A stretch of 63,634 bases of DNA, filler included, from Octopus bimaculoides (GCF_001194135.2; 10 parts of 10 records of this genome joined end to end with filler, not necessarily neighbours in it), one strand, 5' to 3'. Positions 38,707 through 51,860 are shown, counted from the whole stretch's first letter. Numbers and translations are program-made. The notes: generated by a model from the sequence alone, not told the origin.

Positions 38707-38912
38707 AAATTGTGGCACAAGGTCAGCAATTCAGGTGTTGGAGTAAGTCGATTACATCGACCTCCGTACCCAAGTGGTACTTATTTTATCGACTCCGAAG
38801 CGATGCAAGGCAAAATCGACTTCGGTGGAATTTGATTGCAGAACGTAAAGATGGACGAAATGCCGCTAAGCAATATGTCTGGCGTGCTAAAGATTCGGAT
38901 GCATGCTCGCCG
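38707..38912 (-). mobile_element. SINE family A
   Basis: gtcgattacatcgacc...gtggtacttattttatcgac...aggcaaaatcgacttcggtggaatttga. Confidence 0.8.
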
Positions 38913-41339
38913 TCTTGATGTTGTTTGTAATTAGCAGTACGTCATTTGCCAATTAAACATTATTTGTCACCCTTCGTTGACGGGTAACTTTCGAAGTAAA
39001 CTTTTCCTACCATGAGTAATATCAAGAAATATGGCTTACATACAATAATTATATTTTAACTATATTTTTAAAGTTCTTGGTGCTTAAACAAAATGATGAA
39101 ATGAACACAAAATTTTCAACAGAAAAAAATATATATTACCTTAAAATAAAACCTCTATCCTCTACCTCTATGATTCTTTCTCTCCTCTCATCTTTTATTT
39201 CTTACGTTAACTCTATCTTTCGTTTATCCTTTCTTCTCTCTCTATACGATGTAAAGCGAAATGGACGAAATCAGCCAACATTTACATCAGTTATTATTAT
39301 AAATAGATAGTCAAAATTCGCTTCTCTCTCACACACACATACACACAGCGGAATCGATCGTGTTAGTAGCAGTAACGCGTGAATCTTAGTTCTATCTAGT
39401 CAATGCACAGAATTTTTACGATTCGTACATTTAAAAATGTGTACTTTCAATATACCTTCTGATTTTCAGTTATTTTGAATTGAAAGACTAATGAGAAATG
39501 AAAATGAATATCGTTTGACGTTGAAATAGATTTTATTTTCAACGAAGTCGTGCAAGATTCTTTATTTTCAGCCAAGATGTTTAATGAAGACATAAAAAAA
39601 AGACTTTAGGCTTCATTTCACAAAGACGTGCAAACATGACTACACACACGCTTCATCAACATGGAATGACAAATTTCCGTTAAGTTGACTTTAATATATA
39701 CTATAACACAATGGAATTGTATCCGTCCGTGATGTGGCAGAACATCTGTTGATTTTAAATGATGCATTAGAACTTTACATATTTATTCCGATTTGATATG
39801 TTTTGATTGTCGCGGACATTATTTCCTCTTCCGATACATTTATAGAGTATTTAAAAATAAACAACAAATAACAAGCAAAGATCGATGATAAGCAAGGGTT
39901 AAAAGGTTACACTGAAAATCGATTCTTCAATTTTGAGTCTTAATTTTTGTTTTGCTGGAATCATTGTCATAATTACTATGTTTTTATAGATTACGGTTTT
40001 CCGAATTTCCCAATTACTGTTATTTTGACACCGTTTAATTTTCCTGTTTGTTTTTCACTTCTAATTGCATACTTGGATGTATTATCAAATAAGGTCTTAT
40101 AATTATATGTCAGAGAAATCTGCAATGAAAAATGTTTAATTTTATTCACATTACATTCCCTGATTTGAACATATATGTCGAAATAGGGCAATATCAGCAT
40201 TAATTATTCCATCGGTTCAACGAAATGAATAGTTGAAAAGTTTTTGTGCTCATGACTGACATACAAACATTTTATTCGGTTGTAAAAATATTCAGCTGAC
40301 CGTAATAAGGAAGCAGGGTGTAAAAAACACGAATAGTAGAATACGAATACAGTAATCTTGCTATAATTATACATTTCCAAGTTCTCGAAGATAAAAACAT
40401 ATTGTTCCTATTTTAAGAATAATCGGAAGTGATAATTATTTGTTCCTTACTTTCACCTAATTAATAAATGGATTCTGATTTAAGTACCAGAACAGCAGTT
40501 ACGAGGGGACGATGTGAGTTGATACCATCGAACCAGTATTTAACTGATACTTTCTTTTATCGTCCGCGGATGGATGAAATGTAAGGTTGACATCAATGGC
40601 ATTTGAACTGCAAAACATTTCCCGACATTCTAACAATTTTGACAATCCATTTCCCTAATCACCTTAATCTTATTAAGTAATACATTTATCATTATTTTTT
40701 AGCTTAACTTATCGTAAATTTGTGTATTTTAAGGCGGTTAATATAAAACATTTGCAGAGATAATGGAAAGATAAGTAATGGAACTGTAATAATCACTGTA
40801 GGAAGTTGATAAGCTTTTCATGCCTTTTCATATTGACAAACAGGCACACGGTGCAAACTTCAATTACATGATATAAAATGGTGTAATACTATACACACAA
40901 ATTACACAACGTTGTATACTATTCTCTGTTATTGTTGTTGTTGTTGTTTAACCCAGATCTGTTCTGATGTTTTAAATAGCATCATTAAAGTAAAAAATAA
41001 TCCGCCCGTCATACCTTTTCAATGGAGTAAATTACCATCGACCAGACCCTGTTCAAAACCTTCAAACAAATTATTCTCCTGGTGTTTAACCGGACTACAG
41101 ACTACCTCTATCACTACCAAATAGGGACAGTCCGAACAACGAGCATCCAAAATGTTTCCATCTGTCAAATTTCACTCACAAGGATTTTATAAGGTAGAAG
41201 ATATTCGCCTTGAATAAATCTAACTAGGCACAATATAGTTGGAAGGCGAACATCTTCAATGCTACATTTGTTACAGCACCCATCATAGAAGACTTATATA
41301 CAGTTGTTTAGTTTAGTCCATAGTGTGCAGCAAAAGTCT

Positions 41340-41590
41340 TCACGTGATCACGTGAACGACGAGACTCTCAGGTGTCGTTACACATGACTGGTAGCGATGC
41401 GTTTGCATCGTTTTAACCCCGCTGGTTAGGCGAGCAGACCAACATTCGCCACTGATCGAAAGGGAGGACTGATGCAACGTGAAATAAAGTGTTTTGCTCA
41501 AGAACACAACGCGCCGCCCACTCACGGAATCTAACCCACAATCTAGTGATCTTCACTGCAACAGCCTAATAACTAAGCCACGCGCCTTCA
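41340..41590 (-). mobile_element. tRNA-derived SINE related to family B (shared gcgttgtgttcttgagcaaaacactttatttcacgttgc core, different 3' body)
   Basis: The minus-strand head gaaggcgcgtggcttagt...gggttagattcc is followed by the shared core. Confidence 0.7.
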
Positions 41591-42185
41591 CACATAAATC
41601 TTACTTGTACTAAATATTACTTTGTAGATTGTCAGTAGCACACCAAAAATCCAACAGTCGTCAACACTAGTAAAAAATATTGATCACATGAAAAGATGTT
41701 AATAAAATGACTCTTGTTCTTTCTATACGTATAAACAAACATTCATTGCTTGTTAAGTTTATCTTTACAAATATTCTATAGAAATTATAGACAGCACTGA
41801 TTTTTGCAACATTTCGTATACGAGACGTCAGATGTAAATAAACAATGGGCTCGAAGATGAGAATAAGATATTGAGGGTATAAGCCTTATTTCGGAGGGTT
41901 TGTGTCCATTCATCAACACTCATCCAACCCTTTAATCATCCTCGAACACATTGTTTGAATAACCACTACATACAACGGTGTTTAGTTATTGGATGTACCA
42001 ATTTCCATATTAAACGCATTCCTGGAAGAAGGTACGTAAATACTAATGACTTGTTGGGACGCAGTATTTCTGTATGCAACTATGATATACTGTAAAGTAT
42101 ACTAAACGTTTTTATAAGTCAATATCGCGTTCTACTGCGTTAGCAATGCGCCTTTAACATTATTTGTTACGGTTATCTCTACAGA

Positions 42186-42408
42186 TACATTATTTACATT
42201 ACTTACATTTAACGGATATTTGGCCTCATCTTGTTTGTCGTTAGCACAACGTTTCGGCTGATTTACACTCCAGTCTTCATCAGGTGTCTTGGGGAAATTT
42301 CGAACCTGGGTTCAGTTTCCTAAGGTATTTTTCGATCTTCTTCTTCTTCTTCTTCTTCGTCTTCTTCTTCTTCTTCTTCTTCTTCTTCTTCTTCTTCTTC
42401 TTCTTCTT

Positions 42409-42439
<31 letters not shown>

Positions 42440-42450
42440 TNNNNNNNNNN

Positions 42451-42506
<56 letters not shown>

Positions 42507-42587
42507 CAGGTCACTGCCTGGAATACAACTCGGAATCTTGGGGTTAGTAGCCCGCGCTCTTAACCACTACGCCATATGCTCGCGGGC
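42186..42587 (-). mobile_element. tRNA-headed SINE with internal (TAA)n/(AAG)n tract and an HHR-like motif in its 3' body
   Basis: A box TGGCGTAGTGG (42564-42574), degenerate B box GAGTTGTATTCC, microsatellite at 42338-42504, HHR core at 42243-42288, and tail aaatgtaagtaatgtaaataatgt. Confidence 0.8.
42243..42288 (-). ncRNA. Putative minimal type I hammerhead ribozyme (GUU triplet) inside the SINE
   Basis: Minus strand: gacac-CTGATGA-a-gactg gagtgtaaat cagcc-GAAACGTT-gtgct. Stems I and II each pair 4/5; stem III is the palindromic ACGU. Confidence 0.5.
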
Positions 42588-42672
42588 TGGTATCGCTCTT
42601 AGAATCATTAGAATATACAAGCTCTTCCATTACGACAAGGGACAACCATCGGAAGAGATATATGTAAGTATG

Positions 42673-42700
<28 letters not shown>

Positions 42701-42703
<3 letters not shown>

Positions 42704-42976
42704 GGTGAGCTTGCAGAGGGTAAACGTTATCGGCATAAACCTAAAAAAAGGTTTAAGGATGGCATAAGGACTGCTATGAAGTCAATTGGAATGGCTCCAA
42801 AAGATATAGAAGTCCTCGCTTCAGATCGAGTTGGATGGCGAACAAGGGTGTGGAGTGGAGTGAAAGTATTTGAAGAGGCCAGGATGATGCAAGCAGGGCT
42901 CAAGAGATATTTAAGGAAAAATGTAAAGACTGAGAAGGTGAATGACAAGGACCTTTTTGTGTGCACAGTCTGTGAC
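42701..42976 (+). mobile_element. RTE (BovB-like) LINE C-terminal fragment
   Basis: YGELAEGKRYRHKPKKRFKDGIRTAMKSIG...LASDRVGWR...FEEAR...FVCTVCD; truncated by a gap. Confidence 0.85.
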
Positions 42977-43501
42977 NNNNNNNNNNNNNNNNNNNNNNNN
43001 NNNNNNNNNNNNNNNNNNNNTTAATTAATTAANNNNNNNNNNNNNNNNNNNNNNNNNNNNNNNNNNNNNNNNNNNNATATATATACATACATATAGACTT
43101 ACACACACACACACACACGTAACCTATTGCCCCGCAATGTAATATTCCCGACGCCAAAAGTACGGAGCCATTTTAGCAGTAAATTCCTCCGATCTGGAAG
43201 CAAATTTCAACCAATTAACTTCGATTAACTTCGATTAAGTTCGATTTGGCTTATTCGTTGCATTAAATCTAATTTGTACAGCAAAACGGGTATTCAATTT
43301 AACTGGGTATTCATCACAGTGATCACGTGGTACTTTTCTTTGATAAACCCATTTAATCTCCCCCGGCAGGAACGCCCAATTCCATCCTGTTACGACCTGG
43401 TGTTCCTCGGTATTAATCCGGCTGTTATCGATTTTTACATTTCTGATTTCTGCTATAGACACCGTGTCTCCTCCGGTCTCTAATTAACTATTTCCAATAA
43501 C

Positions 43502-43539
<38 letters not shown>

Positions 43540-44079
43540 GTCGTTTGTTAGTGTCTTTTTTGTGTTTGTGTGTATGTGCGTGTATGTGAGTGTGTGCATC
43601 TCTCTCTCTCTCTNNNNNNNNNNNNNNNNNNNNNNNNNNNNNNNNNNNNNNNNNNNNNNNNNNNNNNNNNNNNNNNNNNNNNNNNNNNNNNNNNNNNNNN
43701 NNNNNNNNNNNNNNNNNNNNNNNNNNNNNNNNNNNNNNNNNNNNNNNNNNNNNNNNNNNNNNNNNNNNNNNNNNNNNNNNNNNNNNNNNNNNNNNNNNNN
43801 NNNNNNNNNNNNNNNNNNNNNNNNNNNNNNNNNNNNNNNNNNNNNNNNNNNNNNNNNNNNNNNNNNNNNNNNNNNNNNNNNNNNNNNNNNNNNNNNNNNN
43901 NNNNNNNNNNNNNNNNNNNNNNNNNNNNNNNNNNNNNNNNNNNNNNNNNNNNNNNNNNNNNNNNNNNNNNNNNNNNNNNNNNNNNNNNNNNNNNNNNNNN
44001 NNNNNNNNNNNNNNNNNNNNNNNNNNNNNNNNNNNNNNNNNNNNNNNNNNNNNNNNNNNNNNNNNNNNNNNNNNNNNNN

Positions 44080-44266
44080 ATGAGAAGAAGAAGAAGAAGA
44101 AGAAGAAGAATAAAAAGAAGAAGAAGAAAAAGAAGAAGAAGAAAAAGAAGAAGAAGAAGAAAATGAAGAAGAAAAAGAAGAAGAAGAAGAAGAAGAAGAA
44201 GAAGAAGAAGAAGAAGAAGAAGAAGAAGAAGAAGAAGAAGAAGAAGAACAACAACAACAACAACAA
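44080..44266. repeat. (AAG)n/(AAC)n microsatellite
   Basis: Directly visible. Confidence 0.95.
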
Positions 44267-44437
44267 ATCTGACGTCGGATAGCACGCCAGTTAATATGTA
44301 AGTATACTTCCCAGTAAAGAAACATTCTCTGGAGTTTGAGTCAGTGAAGAATAGAAGTCTGCTATTCACCTACGTACATAGAAACTGCATTGACATCTTG
44401 TAAAACTGATGAGAGCATAAATGTATGTTTGTAAGCA

Positions 44438-44810
44438 GGTCTGATCAATAAGTATCCGGACTGTTGCCATAGTAACGAAGCTAAAGCATTCAAAGTGAAG
44501 CCGCTTGGCACAGATTGACCTAGAACTCTTTAAAATTCTAGCTCACTTCCGCTGATTACAACAATGTTTGGAAGGAACGTGTGTAGCGTGTGATCGTCTT
44601 TCAAAAAAGTTTTCATCGTTCTCGACATAATCAAGGAGATTTTGAGCAATTGAATCCCCAAAGTCTTTTTGGTTAACTGAAAGAAGTTTTGGCACAAACT
44701 TGGCAGACACGTGTCTCATGCCCAAATCTTCAGGGATAATGGACTGAACTGAACCGTAACTAATCTGCACATCCTCTAATAACTCACATCCTCTGATAAC
44801 TCGATACATT
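44438..44810 (-). mobile_element. Mariner remnant, internally deleted, with one terminus
   Basis: ISYGSVQSIIPEDLGMRHVSAKFVPKLLSVNQK resembles the mariner linker xVPKLL. Terminus-like GGTCTGATCAATAAGTATCCGGACT at about 44438. Confidence 0.8.
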
Positions 44811-44842
44811 TTCTAGAGTAGATACATATATCTCTTATGCAG

Positions 44843-44990
44843 GTGCAGGCGTGGCTGTGGTAAGAATCTGGCTTCCCAACCACATCGTCCAGGGTTCTGT
44901 CCTACTGCGGGGCACCTTGGGCAAGTGTCTTCTGCTATAGCCTCAGGCCGACCAAAGTCTTGTGAGCGGATTTGGTAGAAGGAAACTGAC
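44843..44990 (+). mobile_element. SINE family C, 5' half
   Basis: ggcgtggctgtggtaag...ggcaccttgggcaagtgtcttctgctatagcctcaggccgaccaaag. Confidence 0.8.
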
Positions 44991-45566
44991 AAGATCTTTA
45001 GGTTTCTTGTCAATGTCGCTGGTATTCTTTAGCTTGTGAGATATCTACCCATGTATTACTTTCTACTACTATAATGAATATTTCTCTTCAAAGTATATAT
45101 TTAAGCCTTCAGCCTTCATTGGTTCATTTCAGCATTCCTTGGTTCACACGGAATAGCTATTTACACTCAGACTATATGTTAATCTCATGATGACCTTCAG
45201 TGTTGAGTATACGCGCTGTGTACATTTTTCCGCCTTTCCGCCTTCACTAAGTGCCACAAGATGGCGCTCAAAAGCCGTCCACATGACGATCTTCCGCACA
45301 GTTTCTGGCTAATACATTATTTCATTTACAAGACATTATTCACAAGACATTATTATTTCATTCAACAAACAGAGGTTATATAACTAGCGTAAACACAAGA
45401 AATCTTTCCATTTCGAATTTACTCTTTTACTTATTTCAGTCATTTGACTGCGGCCATGCTGGAGCANNNNNNNNNNNNNNNNNNNNNNNNNNNNNNNNNN
45501 NNNNNNNNNNTTAATTAATTAANNNNNNNNNNNNNNNNNNNNNNNNNNNNNNNNNNNNNNNNNNNN

Positions 45567-45603
<37 letters not shown>

Positions 45604-46788
45604 CAGAACATACATAAACTCACTCTTAATAGTAACACGAAGGTATATAAGTATATATTTCTAAAGATACATCTATATCTGTGTTGAAATAGGAGTTGGT
45701 AGGTTGTATCGATCCATTGTCTCACTTAGATATTGGAAGAAATCGATAAGAACTTCATCTTAAGATTCAAAGCTAAAAAGAAAAGTCTGTATTGCATTTC
45801 TTCTCCAGCTGAGAGATTATATACTTGCTCCCAGAAACTGCGTCATTAAATTCTTCTACATATTCTACTAAATTGTATATATGTTGATGTACTCAGACCG
45901 ACAGCTACGCACACTCACGTACGCACCATGTACACACACACACTCATATATATACACACATATAAACACACATATGTATATACACATATATATATATATG
46001 TGTGTGTGTATGTGTACATATATACATATACGAGCATATATCCACAGACACAATGTTACATACACATTCTCACACGCGCATTTATGTGTTTGGGTATGAG
46101 CATTTATATAAATTACATACGCGCATACATGATATTGCTTATATATTTTTTATTCATATATTATTTATATTTATATTTGTTCTATTCTTGTATGTAAACG
46201 CAAGTATGTATGTAAATGTAAAACGTCTAAACATATATTGTATACGTGCATAAACAAATATATAGTTACGCTATATATACATAATGGCTCTAATGTATAT
46301 TTGTATGCATACAATTACTGAAACATATTCGTCCTTATATATGTATATACATGCACACACACACACACACATATATATAAAAATACCTATGTCTATATAT
46401 ACGCATGCATATACACATTTATATTCATAAGTATGACACCTTTTGCGCTGTAAATTTGTATTTATACATATTCACATATATCTCACATATCTCTCAGAAA
46501 TTAGATATTATGTACCAAACCATTCGTACATTTGTTGCAACTGATGTTTTAATAGAGAAGCTTTAGGGGTGGCCACGTCTGTGTAACAAGAACCATGACT
46601 AGTATTAGAATATGTCCTTTAGCAAGTGTCCATCAAATACAAACGTATACAGTCTAATCCATATGCAGCAGAGGATTTTGTCTCATAATTGTTATACATA
46701 AATTCATACATACACACACACACACACACACACAAACACATACAAGCACACGCACGCACAAACACACACATATGTATTTGTCTATTAA

Positions 46789-47090
46789 GGCTACCATTGG
46801 TTTCATGTTCAGGAAAATATCTTAATATCTTAATTATTCTAGCCGATCACATGGAGAAATGATGTTCGTCTCCATTTTGGATGAAAACAAAAATTTTTCG
46901 GAAAAACAAGAAATCAAGGGGCGCTTTTTCTCGTTTTTTTACGAGACTTTTTATGAATTCCCTGGATTTTTCAAGAGACATTTTTGTATTTTCATACAAA
47001 ATGGAGACGAACATCATTCCTCCATGAGATCGGCCTGAATAGTTGTTAAGACATTATGATATTTTTCTTAACATGAAACCAATAGTATCC
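46789..47090. mobile_element. 302-bp foldback MITE with TTAA target duplication and GG...CC termini (Kolobok-like)
   Basis: TTAA at 46785-46788 and 47091-47094. Imperfect inverted arms of about 110 bp include tgatgttcgtctccattttg / caaaatggagacgaacatca. Confidence 0.8.
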
Positions 47091-47191
47091 TTAATACACA
47101 AATAAATTTTTTCCACCAATGTAGAGTTGAGCACTCATTCTCGTCGTTCGACATTTACTTACATTCACACACACACATACTCACGTGTATG

Positions 47192-47222
<31 letters not shown>

Positions 47223-47869
47223 NNNNNNNNNNNNNNNNNNNNNNNNNNNNNNNNNNNNNNNNNNNNNNNNNNNNNNNNNNNNNNNNNNNNNNNNNNNNNN
47301 NNNNNNNNNNNNNNNNNNNNNNNNNNNNNNNNNNNNNNNNNNNNNNNNNNNNNNNNNNNNNNNNNNNNNNNNNNNNNNNNNNNNNNNNNNNNNNNNNNNN
47401 NNNNNNNNNNNNNNNNNNNNNNNNNNNNNNNNNNNNNNNNNNNNNNNNNNNNNNNNNNNNNNNNNNNNNNNNNNNNNNNNNNNNNNNNNNNNNNNNNNNN
47501 NNNNNNNNNNNNNNNNNNNNNNNNNNNNNNNNNNNNNNNNNNNNNNNNNNNNNNNNNNNNNNNNNNNNNNNNNNNNNNNNNNNNNNNNNNNNNNNNNNNN
47601 NNNNNNNNNNNNNNNNNNNNNNNNNNNNNNNNNNNNNNNNNNNNNNNNNNNNNNNNNNNNNNNNNNNNNNNNNNNNNNNNNNNNNNNNNNNNNNNNNNNN
47701 NNNNNNNNNNNNNNNNNNNNNNNNNNNNNNNNNNNNNNNNNNNNNNNNNNNNNNNNNNNNNNNNNNNNNNNNNNNNNNNNNNNNNNNNNNNNNNNNNNNN
47801 NNNNNNNNNNNNNNNNNNNNNNNNNNNNNNNNNNNNNTGTGTGTGTGTGCGTGCGCGCGTGTGTGTTTG

Positions 47870-47917
<48 letters not shown>

Positions 47918-47942
47918 AGTCTGCGTGCGTGTGTGTGTAATG

Positions 47943-48094
47943 CACATTAAGTACAGGACATCACCGTCGAGTGAAAAATCTTGTTGGTGATATCTTATGC
48001 TTATTGTGTATTTTTTTTGTCCTGTAGTTATCTCTCGTATGTTTTCGGTGTTTATGTATTTTTCACTCAATGGTGATGTCCTGTACTTAATGTG
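47943..48094. repeat. Short element with 35-bp terminal inverted repeats (2 mismatches)
   Basis: cacattaagtacaggacatcaccgtcgagtgaaaa (47943-47977) vs ttttcactcaatggtgatgtcctgtacttaatgtg (48060-48094). Confidence 0.85.
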
Positions 48095-48238
48095 TATATT
48101 TTTTATTTATCTATAATTGAACGCCACGCAACCTTGTCCACAGTAAGTTCATACATTTTCCCGAGCGTCATACTAATATACACTTTTGTTATTTACACCA
48201 CCTGTCCTCGTCTGTTGTTATTATTTGTATATTCTCCC

Positions 48239-48289
<51 letters not shown>

Positions 48290-48559
48290 TGGGAGGTGTA
48301 TGCTAGCTTCACTTGACATAAAAACTCGTGAGCGTGTAGGACACGTCCAGCATCTGATGAAATGGACAAATACTACGGTCCGAGATAGCTCTGTCATGTG
48401 CAGTTGAATCAACCAGCCTTCAAATTTAAATCTAACTCCTACCAAATTTGTTGAGGATTTTCTTTTGTCAGTACACTCATCCGTGTATGTATGTATGTAT
48501 GTATGTATGTATGTATGTATGCATGTATGCATGTATGTATGTATGTATGCATGCATGTA

Positions 48560-48616
<57 letters not shown>

Positions 48617-49030
48617 GTCTATCTATCTATCTATCTCTCTCTCTATATATATATATAAATTTATATTCAAGGTGAATATGGTACTTAAGTTTAGGCACCA
48701 GAATTAAGTATGGTATTATCCAAACAATTCCAAAATAAGTTGATTAAAATCAAAATAAGCGACAAGTATACTCACATTACTTAAATAAATGGAGTCGCAT
48801 GAAACGATCGTACTGCATTAACTTTGAATATTCTTGTTGCTTATTTTGATATATATATATAATTAATATAGACAGCCGTGTGCAATGTGTTACCAAAAAG
48901 GAAAACTATAATTGTCAGTAAATATGGCTAGGATGTTAGAACAACTATATTGCTAGGAATAAGAGCTAAAAACCCCTAATGCTGCAGTTAAAGAACTTAA
49001 TTGCATACATATGTACTGACAATTAGTGAC

Positions 49031-49069
<39 letters not shown>

Positions 49070-49273
49070 AATAAGGATAAGATCGATATTTAAAATATTG
49101 ATCTTATCAAGTGGCCAGCATGGGAATAAAAACCATCAAAGGTAATAATTATTTAAAATTATAATACAGGGTATCTAAGAGATACCGCCACGCTGAAAAA
49201 TAGCAGTCAAATTCTGACTCTAAAACCACAATAAATGTCCACATAGTACAAGGAGCGAAGACGAAGACAAAAT

Positions 49274-49388
49274 AAACCAGTAAAAATAACAAGATAATTC
49301 CAGATCCTGGATTTCTGGCTTTGCATAAATTATTTATGCAAATCCAGAAATCCAAGATCTGGAATTATCTTGTTATTTTTACTGGTTT
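49274..49388. repeat. Near-perfect hairpin: 57-bp arms, 1-nt loop, 2 mismatches; right arm ends at a contig end
   Basis: 49274-49330 compared with 49332-49388 base by base. Confidence 0.95.
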
Positions 49389-50679
49389 NNNNNNNNNNNN
49401 NNNNNNNNNNNNNNNNNNNNNNNNNNNNNNNNTTAATTAATTAANNNNNNNNNNNNNNNNNNNNNNNNNNNNNNNNNNNNNNNNNNNNATATATATATAT
49501 ATTTGAACGTATGTATATATCATTTCGAAAATTTGGACTATTCAATTTGTTTTAGATAATTATTAATTTTATCGAATATTATCAACTATTAAAGTTTACG
49601 GAGTTTCATAGAGTTAATGCTGTAGAAGAAGAGACATAATATTTCTTTTTTAATCATGGCGTCCAGAGACAGAAAGGATATTCAAAAGATCAGGTCGACC
49701 TCTCTGACATTATGTGGGCGACCATTTTATTCCCCTGCATTATTCAATGTAATGATTTAATTAATAGCACAAATTTGGAAAAGGCATGAAAATTTTCTTC
49801 ATACATCACTTTCTCTTTCTCTCTCTCCTCTCTTTGCCCTCTCCCCTTCCCCCCTCTCTCTCTCTCTCTGTTTCATGTGTTTGTATGCGCATGTGTGGCT
49901 ATTGCTTTTAATCAGCTGGGTGGCTATTCGCAATAACATTAAATCTTTTAATCATTGTTTCCTACAACAGAAATGACAAATCTCGTCTTGGCTAGTTTCT
50001 AGTTGTTAGTTAGTTTTATTTATGTCGCCCAATTAAGTTTCGAAATGCATCTGGCGTCCGCGCTATTCTCTACTGGGAATATTTTTTCTCTCCCTCTTTC
50101 CTACCGATAGACATTGCATTTTACAAATCGCACATCCGTAAGAGATGCTCTCTCAAAAGAATATCGCAGTAAACTGCCTCTCAACCATGTCTATGCATTA
50201 AGTATGATACACAGATTGCTACTTTCATTAATACTGCTTCAATTATATTTATACCGGATGTATACACTCACACTCTCATACATACATGCATACATACATA
50301 CATACATAATGCATACATACATACATACGTAATGCATACATACATACATACATACGTACATAATGCATACATACATACATGCATTCATTCGTACATACAT
50401 ACATAATTAGATGCATATATTCAAATAGATGTAGACAGCGCTAATGAGAGTCAATAATGGTCGAAAATCTATTATGGCTTTTCATTATCGTTTTCAATCT
50501 AGAAAAGGCTAATTGTTTTAAATGTTATTATATCTACAACATGGGCTACATATATTGAGACTGTGCGGATTGGTGCTCCTTTGACGAGACTATGATATCC
50601 AATAAAGTGCTAAATATTTACAGTGTACAAGATAATAGGCCGGGTCTCTGAAAAGTATTAGTCATTTGTTAACTGTTAT

Positions 50680-51125
50680 TTCTTTCATTCTTAAGAAGGC
50701 GGCCATGCCACGGCACCGCCTCGAATAAATTTTAGTAGAACGAATCGATCTCCGGTTCTTTTCATTTTTCTTGAATGCATGGTAGTTACTCTGTCGGTGG
50801 CTTTAGTCAAACCGCTAGGTTACGGGACGTAAACACACCACTACCTCTCGTCAGTGTGTGGTGGAGAACAAACAGAAACAAAAGACACATGTATACATAA
50901 CCCCAAATACGCACGTACACGTTCACATATATGCACGCACACGCACACACGTATGTGTGTAAGAAAGGGTTCTTTCTATTTCCGTAAACCAAATCAATTT
51001 ACAAAGCTTTGGTCAGCCCGAGCCTATAGTTAGAAAAAAAAATTGCCGAAGGTGCCACGCAGTGGAACTGAACCCGGAGCAATGTTGTTGAGAGGCAAAC
51101 TTCTTACCACATAGCCGCGCCTGCA
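50680..51125 (-). mobile_element. SINE family C, diverged
   Basis: ggcggccatgcc...accgctaggttacgggacgtaaacacacc...aaggtgccacgcagtggaactgaacccgg...cttaccacatagcc. Confidence 0.75.
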
Positions 51126-51275
51126 AAATGTTTACTACATGAACATACTGGCCTCAAATTTCTTTGAGGTCGGTCAAATTGATGCCGATACTTTTGACGG
51201 AACCCACTAATTCTGGAAGTCAATTAAGGCTGCTCATCATTGTTTCAATATGCGTGTGTGTGCGTGCGTGCGTGT

Positions 51276-51328
<53 letters not shown>

Positions 51329-51679
51329 CGTGTGCGCACGCGTATAGTTGGTGAGAAATTTGAAACCATTATAAATAGGTTTTGTCTTGTTCATAATCTG
51401 GCCTATCAACTTCACCAACTCAACTACAAATCAGATCATTATTATTCCTTTACTTAAGATGAAGCTTAACGGCAGTTCGTCCTTCGTCGATGGACAATGG
51501 GGTCTCACCTATGACAATCGTTATTCCTAGAAATAATTTATCGATCACGTTCTCTCGTGTTTTATCAATGGCATGTTTCTAGAACACATTAGAAATGGAA
51601 ATATTTTCAAGCCACTCTGCTTGAAATAGATAAAATGTGGACAATGAAGGTAATTGATGATCACCAAGATTATATAGAA

Positions 51680-51860
51680 ACTACGCTTCTCATGAAGACT
51701 CGCAATATTTCATGGCAGGATCACAAGACGAAAAAGAACATGTATGTACACATTGCAAGGATGACTAGGAGAGATGCTGAACTTTGCTGAACACTGGTAT
51801 CGTAGAAGATGTTATATTTTGGAAAATTCTGTAACCTAATACAAGACGACCACTACTCAA
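51680..51860 (+). mobile_element. Old RTE-clade LINE fragment
   Basis: NISWQDHKTKKNMY...LNFAEHWYR, cf. RTE NISWxDHxTNxELY...LRFAGHCYR. Confidence 0.55.

Noticed and set aside
42505-42587. tRNA gene-like sequence (also at 11463, 4936, 32954)
   Set aside because: No complete cloverleaf or acceptor stem; each continues into a SINE body, so these are SINE heads rather than tRNA genes.
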